DNA of 59,897 nucleotides, filler included. It is 4 parts of 4 records of this genome, joined end to end, with 100 filler letters (N's around TTAATTAATTAA, not from the genome) between each part and the next. Parts side by side here need not be neighbours in the genome. Positions count along the whole stretch, not along the records: positions 18,520 to 32,447 come from SRR31156797_2824; 3 more parts are not named here. One strand, written 5' to 3'. Below, piece after piece: positions 19,968 through 29,620 of this stretch (position 1 is the stretch's first letter; each line of letters opens with the position of its first letter). The position numbers were made by a program, and so were the translations under genes. The notes under the pieces were generated by a model, which was not told the origin of the DNA, did no database searches, and saw only the letters and a list, made by a program, of their open reading frames with translations.

Positions 19968-19995
19968 AAAAAAGGGCTCAGAATTCTGAGCCCTT
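19968..19995. terminator. Terminator between tgt and the convergent gene
   Basis: aaaaaagggctcagaattctgagccctt. Confidence 0.7.
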
Positions 19996-20016
19996 ACTAC
20001 TTACTACTATCTATCT

Positions 20017-23000
20017 TTATAGATCTCCTCCAAGCGACCACAACCATCTCGGACTGGAAAAACCGTCCCCGTTGTATTCCCAGGCACAATCAATTCTAAG
20101 TAGTGCGAAACCAAGGTAGATCCTGGCACCGATACCCACGGAACCGATCATATCTTCCCACGTGTTACCGATGGGCCATACACCGTTCTCAACTAATTGA
20201 AGATCGCTTGTCCATGCAGCTCCGACATCCGCAAAAAGAACTCCGCGTACCTGAAATAATGATATCGGAGGTAAGCCGAGTTTTGCATATTCTATCAGTG
20301 GAAATCTCAGTTCGGCATTGAACAGCATGAATTTATCACCCCAGGTCTGGAAAAGCGTTGCACCTCGCACCGGCATGATATATTCACTTAAATAATACAT
20401 GCTCAGTTGCTCAGAGAAACTATTTTCACTGTCTCCAAATATCGGGGCATTGGGATTATAAACATAATTGATCCAGTTATCTATGCCTCCCAGTAGAAAG
20501 GTCTGAGGATCCGGTCCAAAGGAAACCCCGCCGTTAAAACGAAATGCAAGATGATAATTATTGGTGATCTTGAAGTATTGGCGAAAATCCAATTTCGCCG
20601 TATAGAATTCCGGTGTTTCAGCTGTGATCTTTGGTGACATTTCAAAGCTAAGTCTATATCGACTACCGTCCATTGGTCCGGTATATGAATAGATGGTATT
20701 GTCTTTGACCAAAGCCAATTCTGCGCGATATTCATGAATATCCGCATCGTATAGCGCTGCGATATCCTGATTGCTATCCAAGAGATCACGCTTTACATAG
20801 AAGTATGAATTATTAAGTTCCACTCTATGATGCTTACTCAAGGGATAATCTGCAAAAAAGTTAAAACTTCTATTCGTATATCTGGTTATAAAATAACCAT
20901 ATGGATTTGTTTCAGAGATCTCCCCCGGGATATAGGTAGCGTAATTATCTGATTGATTCATGATGATCAAACCAAAATTCGGCCTGTACTTCCGATAATA
21001 ATATGCAAGGGCATAATCCGAATTTTGCAGATCGATATATAGGTCGGTACCAATATAAACCTGATGATCTCCCATAACATCCGAGAACATGAATGTCGCC
21101 TGGCCCTGTACCCCATAAAACGTTGAATAGCCAAATTGACTGTCTACAAGATCAAGCGAGAATTTTGTTTTGTAAGGCTTGTCAATATAAGAACCTTTTT
21201 CATCTATTATCTCGGCAGAATCCAACTCAACTACCTGAGTATCAGGTGTATCGTAACCATATGCATAATCGGGGACAAAGACATAATTCGTGTAATCGGA
21301 TAAGCGTTGGATCTCATCATCCCCTTTAACGATCCTTACTTTTCCATCCTGTGGTTTTTCTTCCTGATTCATTTCCCTGATACGCTCTATCTTCATCATG
21401 CTTTCAGTGATATCGAACGGCATATCCCCTGATTCTTCTCTTTGACTGGTTAATGCCAGGTTTTTTTCTTCCATGTCAAAAGGATGATTCATTCTAAAAA
21501 TATCCCAACCGTAATCTTTAAAAGCACAAAATATCAGATTATCACCTGATCTGTCAAGATTCAGATGGAATATTCCACCTACCACATTTGAGATCGCATA
21601 TGCATCGCCGTCCTTAGGCTGGATATAGATATTTTTGATCCCATTCGCATCAGAGGTATAAACGAATCCACGGCCTTGGGGATCGCAAAAAGGATAATCT
21701 TCGTTATAATCCGTTTCTGTTTGCGGTGTTTTCACCTTGCTTTCTACGTCCAGCAGATAAATATCCGTCTGATAAGGATGTCTTGGGTCTCTGTATTCTT
21801 TGGTTTTCAATCTTTCGCTGACATAAACGATCTTTTTACCGTCAGATGTCCATTGGGGATTTTCATCCCCTTCGGGGTCGTTTGTCAGATTGACCAGTTT
21901 TTCACTTTCAAGATCATAAATAAATATGTCACTTTGAGAGCCATTATGACCCGAAAAAGCAATAATGTTATTATCTATCGGATGAAATGCCGCAGAGAAT
22001 ACACCTTGCAATTGCGACAGGGTATAAAATGTTTGTTTGCCATTCTCAACATCCACAACAACAAGCGCATCGTGCCTACCGCTTTTTGCTGCAAAAACAA
22101 TGTGTTTTGAATCGGGAGACCAGGAAATACCCGGAGTTAGCCATTTAAGCTCTTCAAGACTGGCTTTACGATTTCCCCTGACGACCCTTCTCATTTTTTT
22201 GCCATCAAGAGCATCCATTAAGAAGATATCTGCATAGCCTTTTTTATCACTTAGAAACGCGATCTTATCACCTGAAGGAGAGATCGCCGGGGCTATGTTC
22301 TGATAATTTTTCATTTGTTTATGGTCGGTCAATCTTACAGCTAATTCCCTGATATCTTCCGTTGTGCTGATCTCGGGCCAATACATCTTTTTCAGATATT
22401 GATGCCATTCTTCAGTGAATTCTTTTTTTGACATATTAAAAGTATACTGAATACCGCGCTCAACATCGTGATAGATCTTCAGTTTGGTATAGAATTCCGT
22501 TAATTTCTGGTAACCATATGTTTCACGGATAAATTTAAAAATGCTTTGACCGCCTTTATAAGCATAATAACCGGTCAAGGCTTCCAAGGGATATGCCTCA
22601 AATTGACTGTTATAAGCAAAATCTCTCATGAACATATCAGCTTCGGTATCCCATCGGGATGATTCATACTCAGCACTGCCTTCGGCAAGCCAAAGTGGTA
22701 TGTTAAGGCGAACTGCTCCGGAAATAATTGATTGAATGTTTCCACCGTAGTATAGATCATTCATAAAAGCATGGATCAATTCATGATGAATAACGTGCCG
22801 CAAAGCTCTGTAGGATCCTTCAAATGGGACGACGACCCTATTCTTGAACAATTCCGTAAAGCCTCCTACTCCTTCGGGCATATAGGCATTGGTCGTATTG
22901 GTCTGTTGAAAATCGTTATGACTGTCATAAACGATAATGGCATAACGTTTTTTCAGATCCCAATCCAATAAAGTTGAAATGGATTCGTAAGCAGCTTCGG

Positions 23001-23181
23001 CTGTTTTTGCGGCATAATCCGAAATAGTCTTATTCTCGCCGTTAAAATATATATTGAAGTGCTTGCTTTGTATAAAATTCCAGTCAAAAACATCATATTG
23101 TACCTTGTTTTGTCCAAATTGGGCAAAAACTGCCGAGATGATCAACAAGGTCAGGATAAAGATGTTCTTGAGTATTTTCAT
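20017..23181 (-). CDS. Secreted zincin-like + PD40/TolB-like beta-propeller + Omp85-type beta-barrel protein
   Basis: Signal peptide then QFGQNKVQY; HHELIH and EGSAEY; SPSGDKIAF/WSPDSKHIVF/WTSDGKKIVY repeats; barrel motifs PVRG, NAELRFP, FADVG. Confidence 0.8.
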   Translation of the reverse strand: MKILKNIFILTLLIISAVFAQFGQNKVQYDVFDWNFIQSKHFNIYFNGENKTISDYAAKTAEAAYESISTLLDWDLKKRYAIIVYDSHNDFQQTNTTNAYMPEGVGGFTELFKNRVVVPFEGSYRALRHVIHHELIHAFMNDLYYGGNIQSIISGAVRLNIPLWLAEGSAEYESSRWDTEADMFMRDFAYNSQFEAYPLEALTGYYAYKGGQSIFKFIRETYGYQKLTEFYTKLKIYHDVERGIQYTFNMSKKEFTEEWHQYLKKMYWPEISTTEDIRELAVRLTDHKQMKNYQNIAPAISPSGDKIAFLSDKKGYADIFLMDALDGKKMRRVVRGNRKASLEELKWLTPGISWSPDSKHIVFAAKSGRHDALVVVDVENGKQTFYTLSQLQGVFSAAFHPIDNNIIAFSGHNGSQSDIFIYDLESEKLVNLTNDPEGDENPQWTSDGKKIVYVSERLKTKEYRDPRHPYQTDIYLLDVESKVKTPQTETDYNEDYPFCDPQGRGFVYTSDANGIKNIYIQPKDGDAYAISNVVGGIFHLNLDRSGDNLIFCAFKDYGWDIFRMNHPFDMEEKNLALTSQREESGDMPFDITESMMKIERIREMNQEEKPQDGKVRIVKGDDEIQRLSDYTNYVFVPDYAYGYDTPDTQVVELDSAEIIDEKGSYIDKPYKTKFSLDLVDSQFGYSTFYGVQGQATFMFSDVMGDHQVYIGTDLYIDLQNSDYALAYYYRKYRPNFGLIIMNQSDNYATYIPGEISETNPYGYFITRYTNRSFNFFADYPLSKHHRVELNNSYFYVKRDLLDSNQDIAALYDADIHEYRAELALVKDNTIYSYTGPMDGSRYRLSFEMSPKITAETPEFYTAKLDFRQYFKITNNYHLAFRFNGGVSFGPDPQTFLLGGIDNWINYVYNPNAPIFGDSENSFSEQLSMYYLSEYIMPVRGATLFQTWGDKFMLFNAELRFPLIEYAKLGLPPISLFQVRGVLFADVGAAWTSDLQLVENGVWPIGNTWEDMIGSVGIGARIYLGFALLRIDCAWEYNGDGFSSPRWLWSLGGDL

Positions 23182-23227
23182 TATATCTCTTTTAAATCCC
23201 CTAACTAACTTAGGTGAAATATGTTTC

Positions 23228-23830
23228 TTATTTTTCCAGCTTTTCATTAATTATGGCGGCAATATCCTCGTGGATATCCGCAATTGTCCGGTTACCGTCT
23301 ATAAGCTTGCAGCGATCGGGATCTTTTTCAGCCAGAGCATGATACCCGGAACGTACGCGTTTTCTGAATTCCATTCCTTCGATCTCAAGTCGATCGGCTT
23401 TACCTATTCTCTTTGCAGCGGTTTCAATATCCGTATCAATAATAAATGTCAGATTCGGCACAAGTTCATGCGCACCTATCATATTCAGTCTTTCGATCAA
23501 TTCTAAGGGTAGCTCCCTGCCATATCCCTGATAAGCTGTTGTAGAGTCATAAAATCTGTCTGATACGACAATCCCGCCTTTGTCCAGATGTGGTAAAATC
23601 ACTTCAGTAACCAACTGAGAACGGGCAGAAGCATATAATAATAACTCAGTTCGGAAATCCATTTCCATATGATCTTTATTCAGTAGAATTGAACGTACCG
23701 CATTTCCAATAGGTGTATGTCCCGGATCAAAACAATGTAAAACATCGCGATCTTTTGACAATAATTCAACACAGCGTTCGGCTTGCACGCTTTTTCCTGA
23801 TCCGTCTATACCTTCAAATGTAATGAACAT
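23228..23830 (-). CDS. tmk: Thymidylate kinase
   Basis: FITFEGIDGSGKS, SDRFYDSTTAYQG. Confidence 0.96.
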   Translation of the reverse strand: MFITFEGIDGSGKSVQAERCVELLSKDRDVLHCFDPGHTPIGNAVRSILLNKDHMEMDFRTELLLYASARSQLVTEVILPHLDKGGIVVSDRFYDSTTAYQGYGRELPLELIERLNMIGAHELVPNLTFIIDTDIETAAKRIGKADRLEIEGMEFRKRVRSGYHALAEKDPDRCKLIDGNRTIADIHEDIAAIINEKLEK

Positions 23831-23991
23831 GGGCTTCCTGTATTTGTTAATTGCTTAATTTATAGAAATAAAACATAAAAAAAAAGTCCATAATGGAAAG
23901 ACAGAGCAGTCAGTCCTTCTGAATCCGTCAGTTGGCAGAGAAGGATGATTTTCAGTTTCAACGATCAATAAATCTAAGAAACAAATATATA

Positions 23992-24019
23992 GTACGGACG
24001 TGATGCATCGCGTCCCTAC
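23992..24019. repeat. GTAG-type REP palindrome
   Basis: gtacggacgtgatgcatcgcgtccctac; related palindrome gtacgaaacagacatgtctgttccgtac at 28358-28385. Confidence 0.6.
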
Positions 24020-24022
24020 AAT

Positions 24023-24547
24023 TTATCGCATATCGATCTCACAATGGACAATCTCTCCGAAGTATATCCTATGAAAATCAGTTTCGCCCGGATATTTTGG
24101 CATTATGCTCTCGTCAAGAAAATGAGTTTCATCCATATCTTGCCAGTAATTCTTTTTACAGGCGATTATCAGATCAGCTTCATCAAAGCCGGGAGCGTCA
24201 ATTCCCGGAACAGCTACCGGAGTAAGTCCTGCAACGGCATGCTTATCTTTTACATCCCTTCCGGATGTTGAACCCAAATACGCCAAGGTTTTCTTGAATT
24301 CTTTCGGGAAGCGCGACAAGGTGAATGAATCGTACTTTTCCATAAATTCCAATGTATGTCTCGAAGGACGAACCACAACTTGTGCGAAAGGTTTACTCCA
24401 CATGGATCCAATGCTTCCCCATGCAACTGTCATGGTATTAAAATCATTTTTCTCAAGGCTTCCTGATGTTAACAAAAACCATTTATTTTCCCATACATCA
24501 AATGATCTTAATTCCAGATCCTTGACATTGATCTCTTTTCTTTTCAT
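24023..24547 (-). CDS. Flavin reductase-like (flavoredoxin family) protein
   Basis: NTMTVAWG, VRPSRHT, SGRD, HRIYFGEI; start MKRKE. Confidence 0.85.
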   Translation of the reverse strand: MKRKEINVKDLELRSFDVWENKWFLLTSGSLEKNDFNTMTVAWGSIGSMWSKPFAQVVVRPSRHTLEFMEKYDSFTLSRFPKEFKKTLAYLGSTSGRDVKDKHAVAGLTPVAVPGIDAPGFDEADLIIACKKNYWQDMDETHFLDESIMPKYPGETDFHRIYFGEIVHCEIDMR

Positions 24548-24634
24548 GATTACTCTCCTTTTCAAAAAAAATAGTAACATTTTTTTACTTTTAAAATTAA
24601 ATTCTATCCAAGAAACTAATAAATAGGAGTTCCC

Positions 24635-24850
24635 ATGCCAAAACAATTGAATTATGTGTGCCCAAAATGCGGCAGTCGCCAATACGAACTAGATGAGATC
24701 AGAACGACAGGTGGAGGTTTAAGCAAACTTTTAGATGTCCAAAATAAAAAGTTTACCGTTGTAAGCTGTGAAAAATGCAAATACTCGGAATTGTACAAAG
24801 CCAGCACAAGTATGCTTGGTAATATTTTTGATTTGTTTGTAGGCGGCTAA
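24635..24850 (+). CDS. Zn-ribbon protein (DUF2082-like)
   Basis: CPKCG...DVQNKKF..SCEKCKYSELY; AGGAG RBS. Confidence 0.8.
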   Translation: MPKQLNYVCPKCGSRQYELDEIRTTGGGLSKLLDVQNKKFTVVSCEKCKYSELYKASTSMLGNIFDLFVGG

Positions 24851-24993
24851 ACAATTGACAGTTGATAGTTGACAAATAATAAATTCTGAAACCTCAGTAA
24901 AAAGTGTGTGTCACATCACACTTTTTTTATGCTCTTGATAATTTGAAAATAAATTACTAGCATTTAGAAGAACTAAAAAAGTTTGGAGAAAAT

Positions 24994-25047
24994 ATGGGGA
25001 CGAAAATAATTCTTAGTAAGAGTTTTGATTTTGCATTGGATATTTAA
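24994..25047 (+). pseudogene. N-terminal remnant of a four-helix-bundle (23S rRNA IVS/Avd-like) protein gene
   Basis: GGAG RBS then MGTKIILSKSFDFALDI*; KSFDFAL is typical of the family N-terminus. Confidence 0.5.
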
Positions 25048-25069
25048 TTAAATATTCTCTTTAAAAGAT

Positions 25070-25318
25070 AATCCCGACTTCATGGAGGGATTCTATTAAT
25101 AAAAAGCCCGGCATGAAATGCCGGGTATTAATATCCCAATAAATTACCAACCTTGAACGGAGTTGAAAGGTTGACCGATTATTGAAATGTTCATTTTTTG
25201 TTATTTGAATAGAACAACCCATCGACTTCGCTCGGGGTTAATTTTTTAGAGAAAATTATTAGCCCGGCATTTCATGCCGGGCTATAAAGTGTCTAACCCT
25301 TCGACAAGCTCAGGGTTA
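25070..25318. repeat. Cluster of REP-like palindromes (BIME-like)
   Basis: gcccggcatgaaatgccggg (25106-25125) and inverted copy tagcccggcatttcatgccgggcta (25260-25284); taacccttcgacaagctcagggtta (25294-25318); further hairpins. Confidence 0.7.
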
Positions 25319-25337
25319 AATTTATTTTTTAATTAAA

Positions 25338-26540
25338 TTAAGCGTCTTCGGCAGCTTTAATCTCTTCGATATACCAGGACATGATCTTTTCAAATTCTTC
25401 GCCCTCGGAAAATCCAACCTTTTTATATCTGATCATTCCTTTATTATCAATAACAAATAATGTCGGTATGCCCTTCACTCCAAAAGCTGTGTTCAACCCA
25501 TCGGCATAATAAACGGGGAAGTCAAATTCGTTCTTTTCAATAAAAGGTGGAACTAAGAATTTATCTTTATCGGTTGAAACAACAATGATCTCAACTTCTT
25601 CGTCATCTTGATACAGGTGATACACCTCATTCATATGTGGTAATTCTTTCCGGCAAGGTGGACACCAGGTTGCAAAAAAGCTGACGACAAGTATCTTGTC
25701 TTTGAAATCCTCATGCGTAACTGATGTTGAATCCAAACCTTGGATCACAAATTCCGGCATGGGAATATTCAGTTGATCCGCAAGCAGGTTCTGGCGAAGG
25801 ATATTACGTCCAACAAAAACCGTTTCATCGATCATCGTGTTGGTTTCAGCTTTAGAATAGCCCAAAAGCCCGGCCGTATTCATGACCTCAGCTTTAGCAT
25901 CTAAAGAACCGGGTGTCATTTTCAGTGCTTCAATACAAGCAATAAGCGATGCTTCATAGCGATTCATTTTATTCAAGGCTTTGCCATAATTCAACAATAT
26001 CTCAGTATCCTGATAGTATCCGATAATTTCTTCATAAACATTCAAGGCGTCGGTAAGTCTTTGGTTCTTAATCAATAGCATAGCATATTCATCACCTACC
26101 ATGGCCTTATATGCACTTAAGCGATCATTCAATTCTTCTTCGGTATAGTTTCTCTCTTGATAATATAATTTTGCAGATTCAAGAAATGCATCAGACTGGG
26201 TCATTTCTTTACCCCGTTCAACCGCATTGAACACAGAATCTTGCAAAACTTCATGAACATCTGCATCACTTGATAAAAATCCAAGTGTCATTGCTTTTGA
26301 AAAAATATCAGGATTTTGATTATATATCTTGATCACCTTACGGTAATCATCCAATTCACCTCTTTCTGCTATCTGAGGTAATGCCCTTTCACAGGCCGAA
26401 TATAATTCTGTACTTTCTTTTTTCTGATTTCTCATGATGAAAGAGAGTAACTCATCATAGTTAGATTCTGAGGTCAATTCACGATTTGCACAACCAATAA
26501 ATAAAAATATGACACTTAGAATTAAAGCGATCTTTTTCAT
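25338..26540 (-). CDS. Lipoprotein with TPR-like region and C-terminal TlpA-type thioredoxin
   Basis: Lipobox FIGC, FFATWCPPC, GIPTLFVID. Confidence 0.85.
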   Translation of the reverse strand: MKKIALILSVIFLFIGCANRELTSESNYDELLSFIMRNQKKESTELYSACERALPQIAERGELDDYRKVIKIYNQNPDIFSKAMTLGFLSSDADVHEVLQDSVFNAVERGKEMTQSDAFLESAKLYYQERNYTEEELNDRLSAYKAMVGDEYAMLLIKNQRLTDALNVYEEIIGYYQDTEILLNYGKALNKMNRYEASLIACIEALKMTPGSLDAKAEVMNTAGLLGYSKAETNTMIDETVFVGRNILRQNLLADQLNIPMPEFVIQGLDSTSVTHEDFKDKILVVSFFATWCPPCRKELPHMNEVYHLYQDDEEVEIIVVSTDKDKFLVPPFIEKNEFDFPVYYADGLNTAFGVKGIPTLFVIDNKGMIRYKKVGFSEGEEFEKIMSWYIEEIKAAEDA

Positions 26541-26557
26541 ATCTTCTCCTACCCTAA

Positions 26558-27595
26558 TTATTTAAATATATCTGTAGACATTCTCAAAGAGATCAAATGT
26601 GAACTTCCCAGGTCACCACTTTGAGATGGTCTGAATGAATAAATAAGATCAAGATACGGCATATTGAACTCTATACCGGCGTGTACACCGTCACCATATC
26701 GATAACTTACTCCTACAGCGACTACATCTTTATATCCCAACTGAAGAACCGGCTGAATATCCAGAGCGAGTGCAGATCCAATGGAAAACATGTAATAATC
26801 CAAGTTCTCCGTAATGGACAATGCTGAACTTATACCGGGTTTTATATCCATATTCCCTACTTTAAAAGGGAAAACCCATGCCGCTTTAAACTGTGGTGGA
26901 TAGTATTGAGCCGTACCGCTATTAAACACCATAACAGCTGAAGGTATATTTTTTAAGGAATACAAAGATTGAACAAATTCTCCGCGATGCTCGGCATGCA
27001 AATCAAGTGTCAGGCCAAAGCCATTGGTCTCGATCAGTCCGGTATATAGGAATCCGATATTTGCTCCTAGCAGGAAATTGTTCTTTTGATAGACCGGCAT
27101 ACCCAAGTGAACCGTATAATTTGCTATCCCTGTAAAAAGGACACCGTCATAATCAATGATCTCGTTCTCATCTAATTGTCCGTTGCCTTCACCGGTATCA
27201 CCGGTGCCCGGTATACCGTCGATCCCATAATCCAACAAAGCATTCCGCGAATCCGGGATATCCGTTATTCCGATCCTTGAGACCATAATTCCCAAAGGAC
27301 GATCTTTAAGCTTAAATGTAAAAGCAGCTGAACTGGCGGTCACTTCATTTCTAAACCAGGATGAGTGATACAAGTAAAGTGATTTGCTTGAAGTTTCACC
27401 TAATCTTGCAGGATTCAGAAAAGCATTTTCACTTCCATTCTGGATCAAACCGTAGGCTTGTCCATATAGTTCACCACCCGGACCTCTGAGAAGATTTAAA
27501 TAATCATTACCATAACTGGCGTAACCCGCCATCATGACCATGGGTATAGCGATCAGTAATAATAATATTCCCAATTTTTTCGTTTTCAGCAACAT
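26558..27595 (-). CDS. Putative outer-membrane beta-barrel (PorV/UPF0164-like) with acidic Gly-rich insertion
   Basis: Signal peptide, FLNPARL, C-terminal DLGSSHLISL; insertion DYGIDGIPGTGDTGEGNGQLD. Confidence 0.55.
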   Translation of the reverse strand: MLLKTKKLGILLLLIAIPMVMMAGYASYGNDYLNLLRGPGGELYGQAYGLIQNGSENAFLNPARLGETSSKSLYLYHSSWFRNEVTASSAAFTFKLKDRPLGIMVSRIGITDIPDSRNALLDYGIDGIPGTGDTGEGNGQLDENEIIDYDGVLFTGIANYTVHLGMPVYQKNNFLLGANIGFLYTGLIETNGFGLTLDLHAEHRGEFVQSLYSLKNIPSAVMVFNSGTAQYYPPQFKAAWVFPFKVGNMDIKPGISSALSITENLDYYMFSIGSALALDIQPVLQLGYKDVVAVGVSYRYGDGVHAGIEFNMPYLDLIYSFRPSQSGDLGSSHLISLRMSTDIFK

Positions 27596-27661
27596 AGTGG
27601 TTTGAATATAATATATTTTTTGTGCGGATGTTCCAAGTTTTAAGCTTTAATACTCAAAATA

Positions 27662-28339
27662 TCAACTTAAAATCAATTTTCCTTCATCTATTCTGTAATT
27701 AATATCCGCTATTTTCGCGATCCTGTCATTATGGGTTACAAGAAAAAATGTCTGATTCAGATCCTTTTGTATCTTTTTAAATAATTCAAGCACACGCTCC
27801 CCTGTCTCTTTATCCAGATTACCCGTAGGTTCATCAGCTAGAAGTATATCGGGATTATTTACCAGAGCACGGCCAATAACTGCACGCTGCTTTTCTCCCC
27901 CGGATATTTCAGCAGGGAAATGATGCATGCGCCCGGAAAGTCCCAGATAATCCAGCATTTCTTGAGCTTTATTAATTGCCTTGTGCCGATTCATACCACC
28001 TATCATCATTGGCATGGCAACATTTTCTTCAATGCTAAATTCAGGTAGCAAATAATGGAATTGAAAAACAAAACCGATGTGTTTTGAACGAAACATCGCA
28101 AGTTGGTTCTCGGGCATATGTGTCACATCTTTGCCTGCAACCCTGATCTCACCGGCATCAGCTGAGTCCATGGTTCCGATGATATTTAAAAAGGTGGATT
28201 TCCCGGAACCCGAAGGTCCCATCAGTGAAATAAAATCACCTTTATTGATCTTTAGGTCTATACCATCAAGTACTTTAAGGACCTTCGTACCTGACAGATA
28301 GTGCTTGCTTAGATTTTTTACTTCAATGATCGTTTTCAT
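27662..28339 (-). CDS. lolD: Lipoprotein-releasing ABC ATPase
   Basis: GPSGSGKST, GFVFQFHYLL, SGGEKQR, DEPTGNLD; follows two LolC/E-like genes. Confidence 0.88.
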   Translation of the reverse strand: MKTIIEVKNLSKHYLSGTKVLKVLDGIDLKINKGDFISLMGPSGSGKSTFLNIIGTMDSADAGEIRVAGKDVTHMPENQLAMFRSKHIGFVFQFHYLLPEFSIEENVAMPMMIGGMNRHKAINKAQEMLDYLGLSGRMHHFPAEISGGEKQRAVIGRALVNNPDILLADEPTGNLDKETGERVLELFKKIQKDLNQTFFLVTHNDRIAKIADINYRIDEGKLILS

Positions 28340-28390
28340 ATTTATCTCGATATTTATGTACGAAACAGACATGTCTGTTCCGTACGCTTA

Positions 28391-29620
28391 TTACTGTTTT
28401 GTTTTAATTGCATCTAGAGGTTTGATTTTATTAGCTCTTCTCGCCGGGATCAATGAAGATAATGTGATCAATAAAGAAACCATAGCAAGCGTAGCCAATA
28501 CATCCCAAACATTGACTATAACCGGGACATATTTAAAAATATAGACATCATTGGCACCCGGCATAACAAAAAACGGGAAAAACTGCTGGATAAGCAGAAG
28601 TATCACAGCAGTCACGGCTCCTAAGACCATTCCCAAGCCGCCGGTATACCATCCCAATCTAAAATAGATCCTATGGGCATCACGAGGTGCACACCCCATG
28701 CTTTGCATAATGCCGATCTCCCATTTCTTTTCCAGCAGTAACATGATCATTGAGGAGATCAGATTGAATCCGGCAATGATCACGATCAGGCAGAGAACAA
28801 GGAATGTTGCCACTTTTTCCACTTGCATGGCGGAGAATAATTCAAGATGCTCCTCCCACCAGCTGGAGACCCGGGCATTTTCAGGCATATGCTCTTTCCA
28901 GTATTTGTTTACCGTATTCAATTCTACGGATGAATGCAATTCCGCTTCAAACATATGATAATCCGGTTCATCCAATAAATATTGCATATCCAGAATATGC
29001 ATATAAGCCCTGTAATCGTAATCAAATACCGTGACGTTAAATATATCTTTAACAATACATTGCATGCTGGGGGCATTATAGGTTTTTACATCAAGAAGAG
29101 ATACAAGATTAAGTGTATCCCCAACATCCAATCCCAATTTATTTGCCAATGAAAGTCCGATCACTATCTCCGGATACGATGTCTGTGCAAGGTCGTCGGT
29201 CAGAAATTCTTTATTCCGGAGATACGGTTCAATATCAAGAATATCTTTGTATTCATCCGGTCTTATGCCCTTAATAAATGCCAATTGTTGATACTTTCCT
29301 GAGCTGACAAGCATTTTACGTTCAATGCTGGGAGTTACAGTTTTAAACCGAAGATCTTCTTTGATATCTTCAAATAGTTCATTCCTGCCTTCAGCCTCGG
29401 CATTCTTGACATAAAAGGTCAAATCCGGTGCCATATCCTGGGTTCTTTGGAATAGCATATCGCGAAAACCATTCATAACTGATAGAGATGCAATTATTGC
29501 AAAGGTGCCTAGAAATGTACCAATAATGGTTATGATAGAGGTCGTGGAGATCATCTTGACTTTTTTTCGAGACGAGAAATATCGTCCTGCGATGTAATTA
29601 ATATATGACTTTTTACTCAT
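28391..29620 (-). CDS. LolC/E-family permease
   Basis: LSVMNGF, EKKWEIGIMQSMG, IPARRA. Confidence 0.85.
   Translation of the reverse strand: MSKKSYINYIAGRYFSSRKKVKMISTTSIITIIGTFLGTFAIIASLSVMNGFRDMLFQRTQDMAPDLTFYVKNAEAEGRNELFEDIKEDLRFKTVTPSIERKMLVSSGKYQQLAFIKGIRPDEYKDILDIEPYLRNKEFLTDDLAQTSYPEIVIGLSLANKLGLDVGDTLNLVSLLDVKTYNAPSMQCIVKDIFNVTVFDYDYRAYMHILDMQYLLDEPDYHMFEAELHSSVELNTVNKYWKEHMPENARVSSWWEEHLELFSAMQVEKVATFLVLCLIVIIAGFNLISSMIMLLLEKKWEIGIMQSMGCAPRDAHRIYFRLGWYTGGLGMVLGAVTAVILLLIQQFFPFFVMPGANDVYIFKYVPVIVNVWDVLATLAMVSLLITLSSLIPARRANKIKPLDAIKTKQ

Noticed and set aside
25070-25318. Possible CRISPR array
   Set aside because: The palindromes differ in sequence and orientation, spacing is irregular and there are no cas genes
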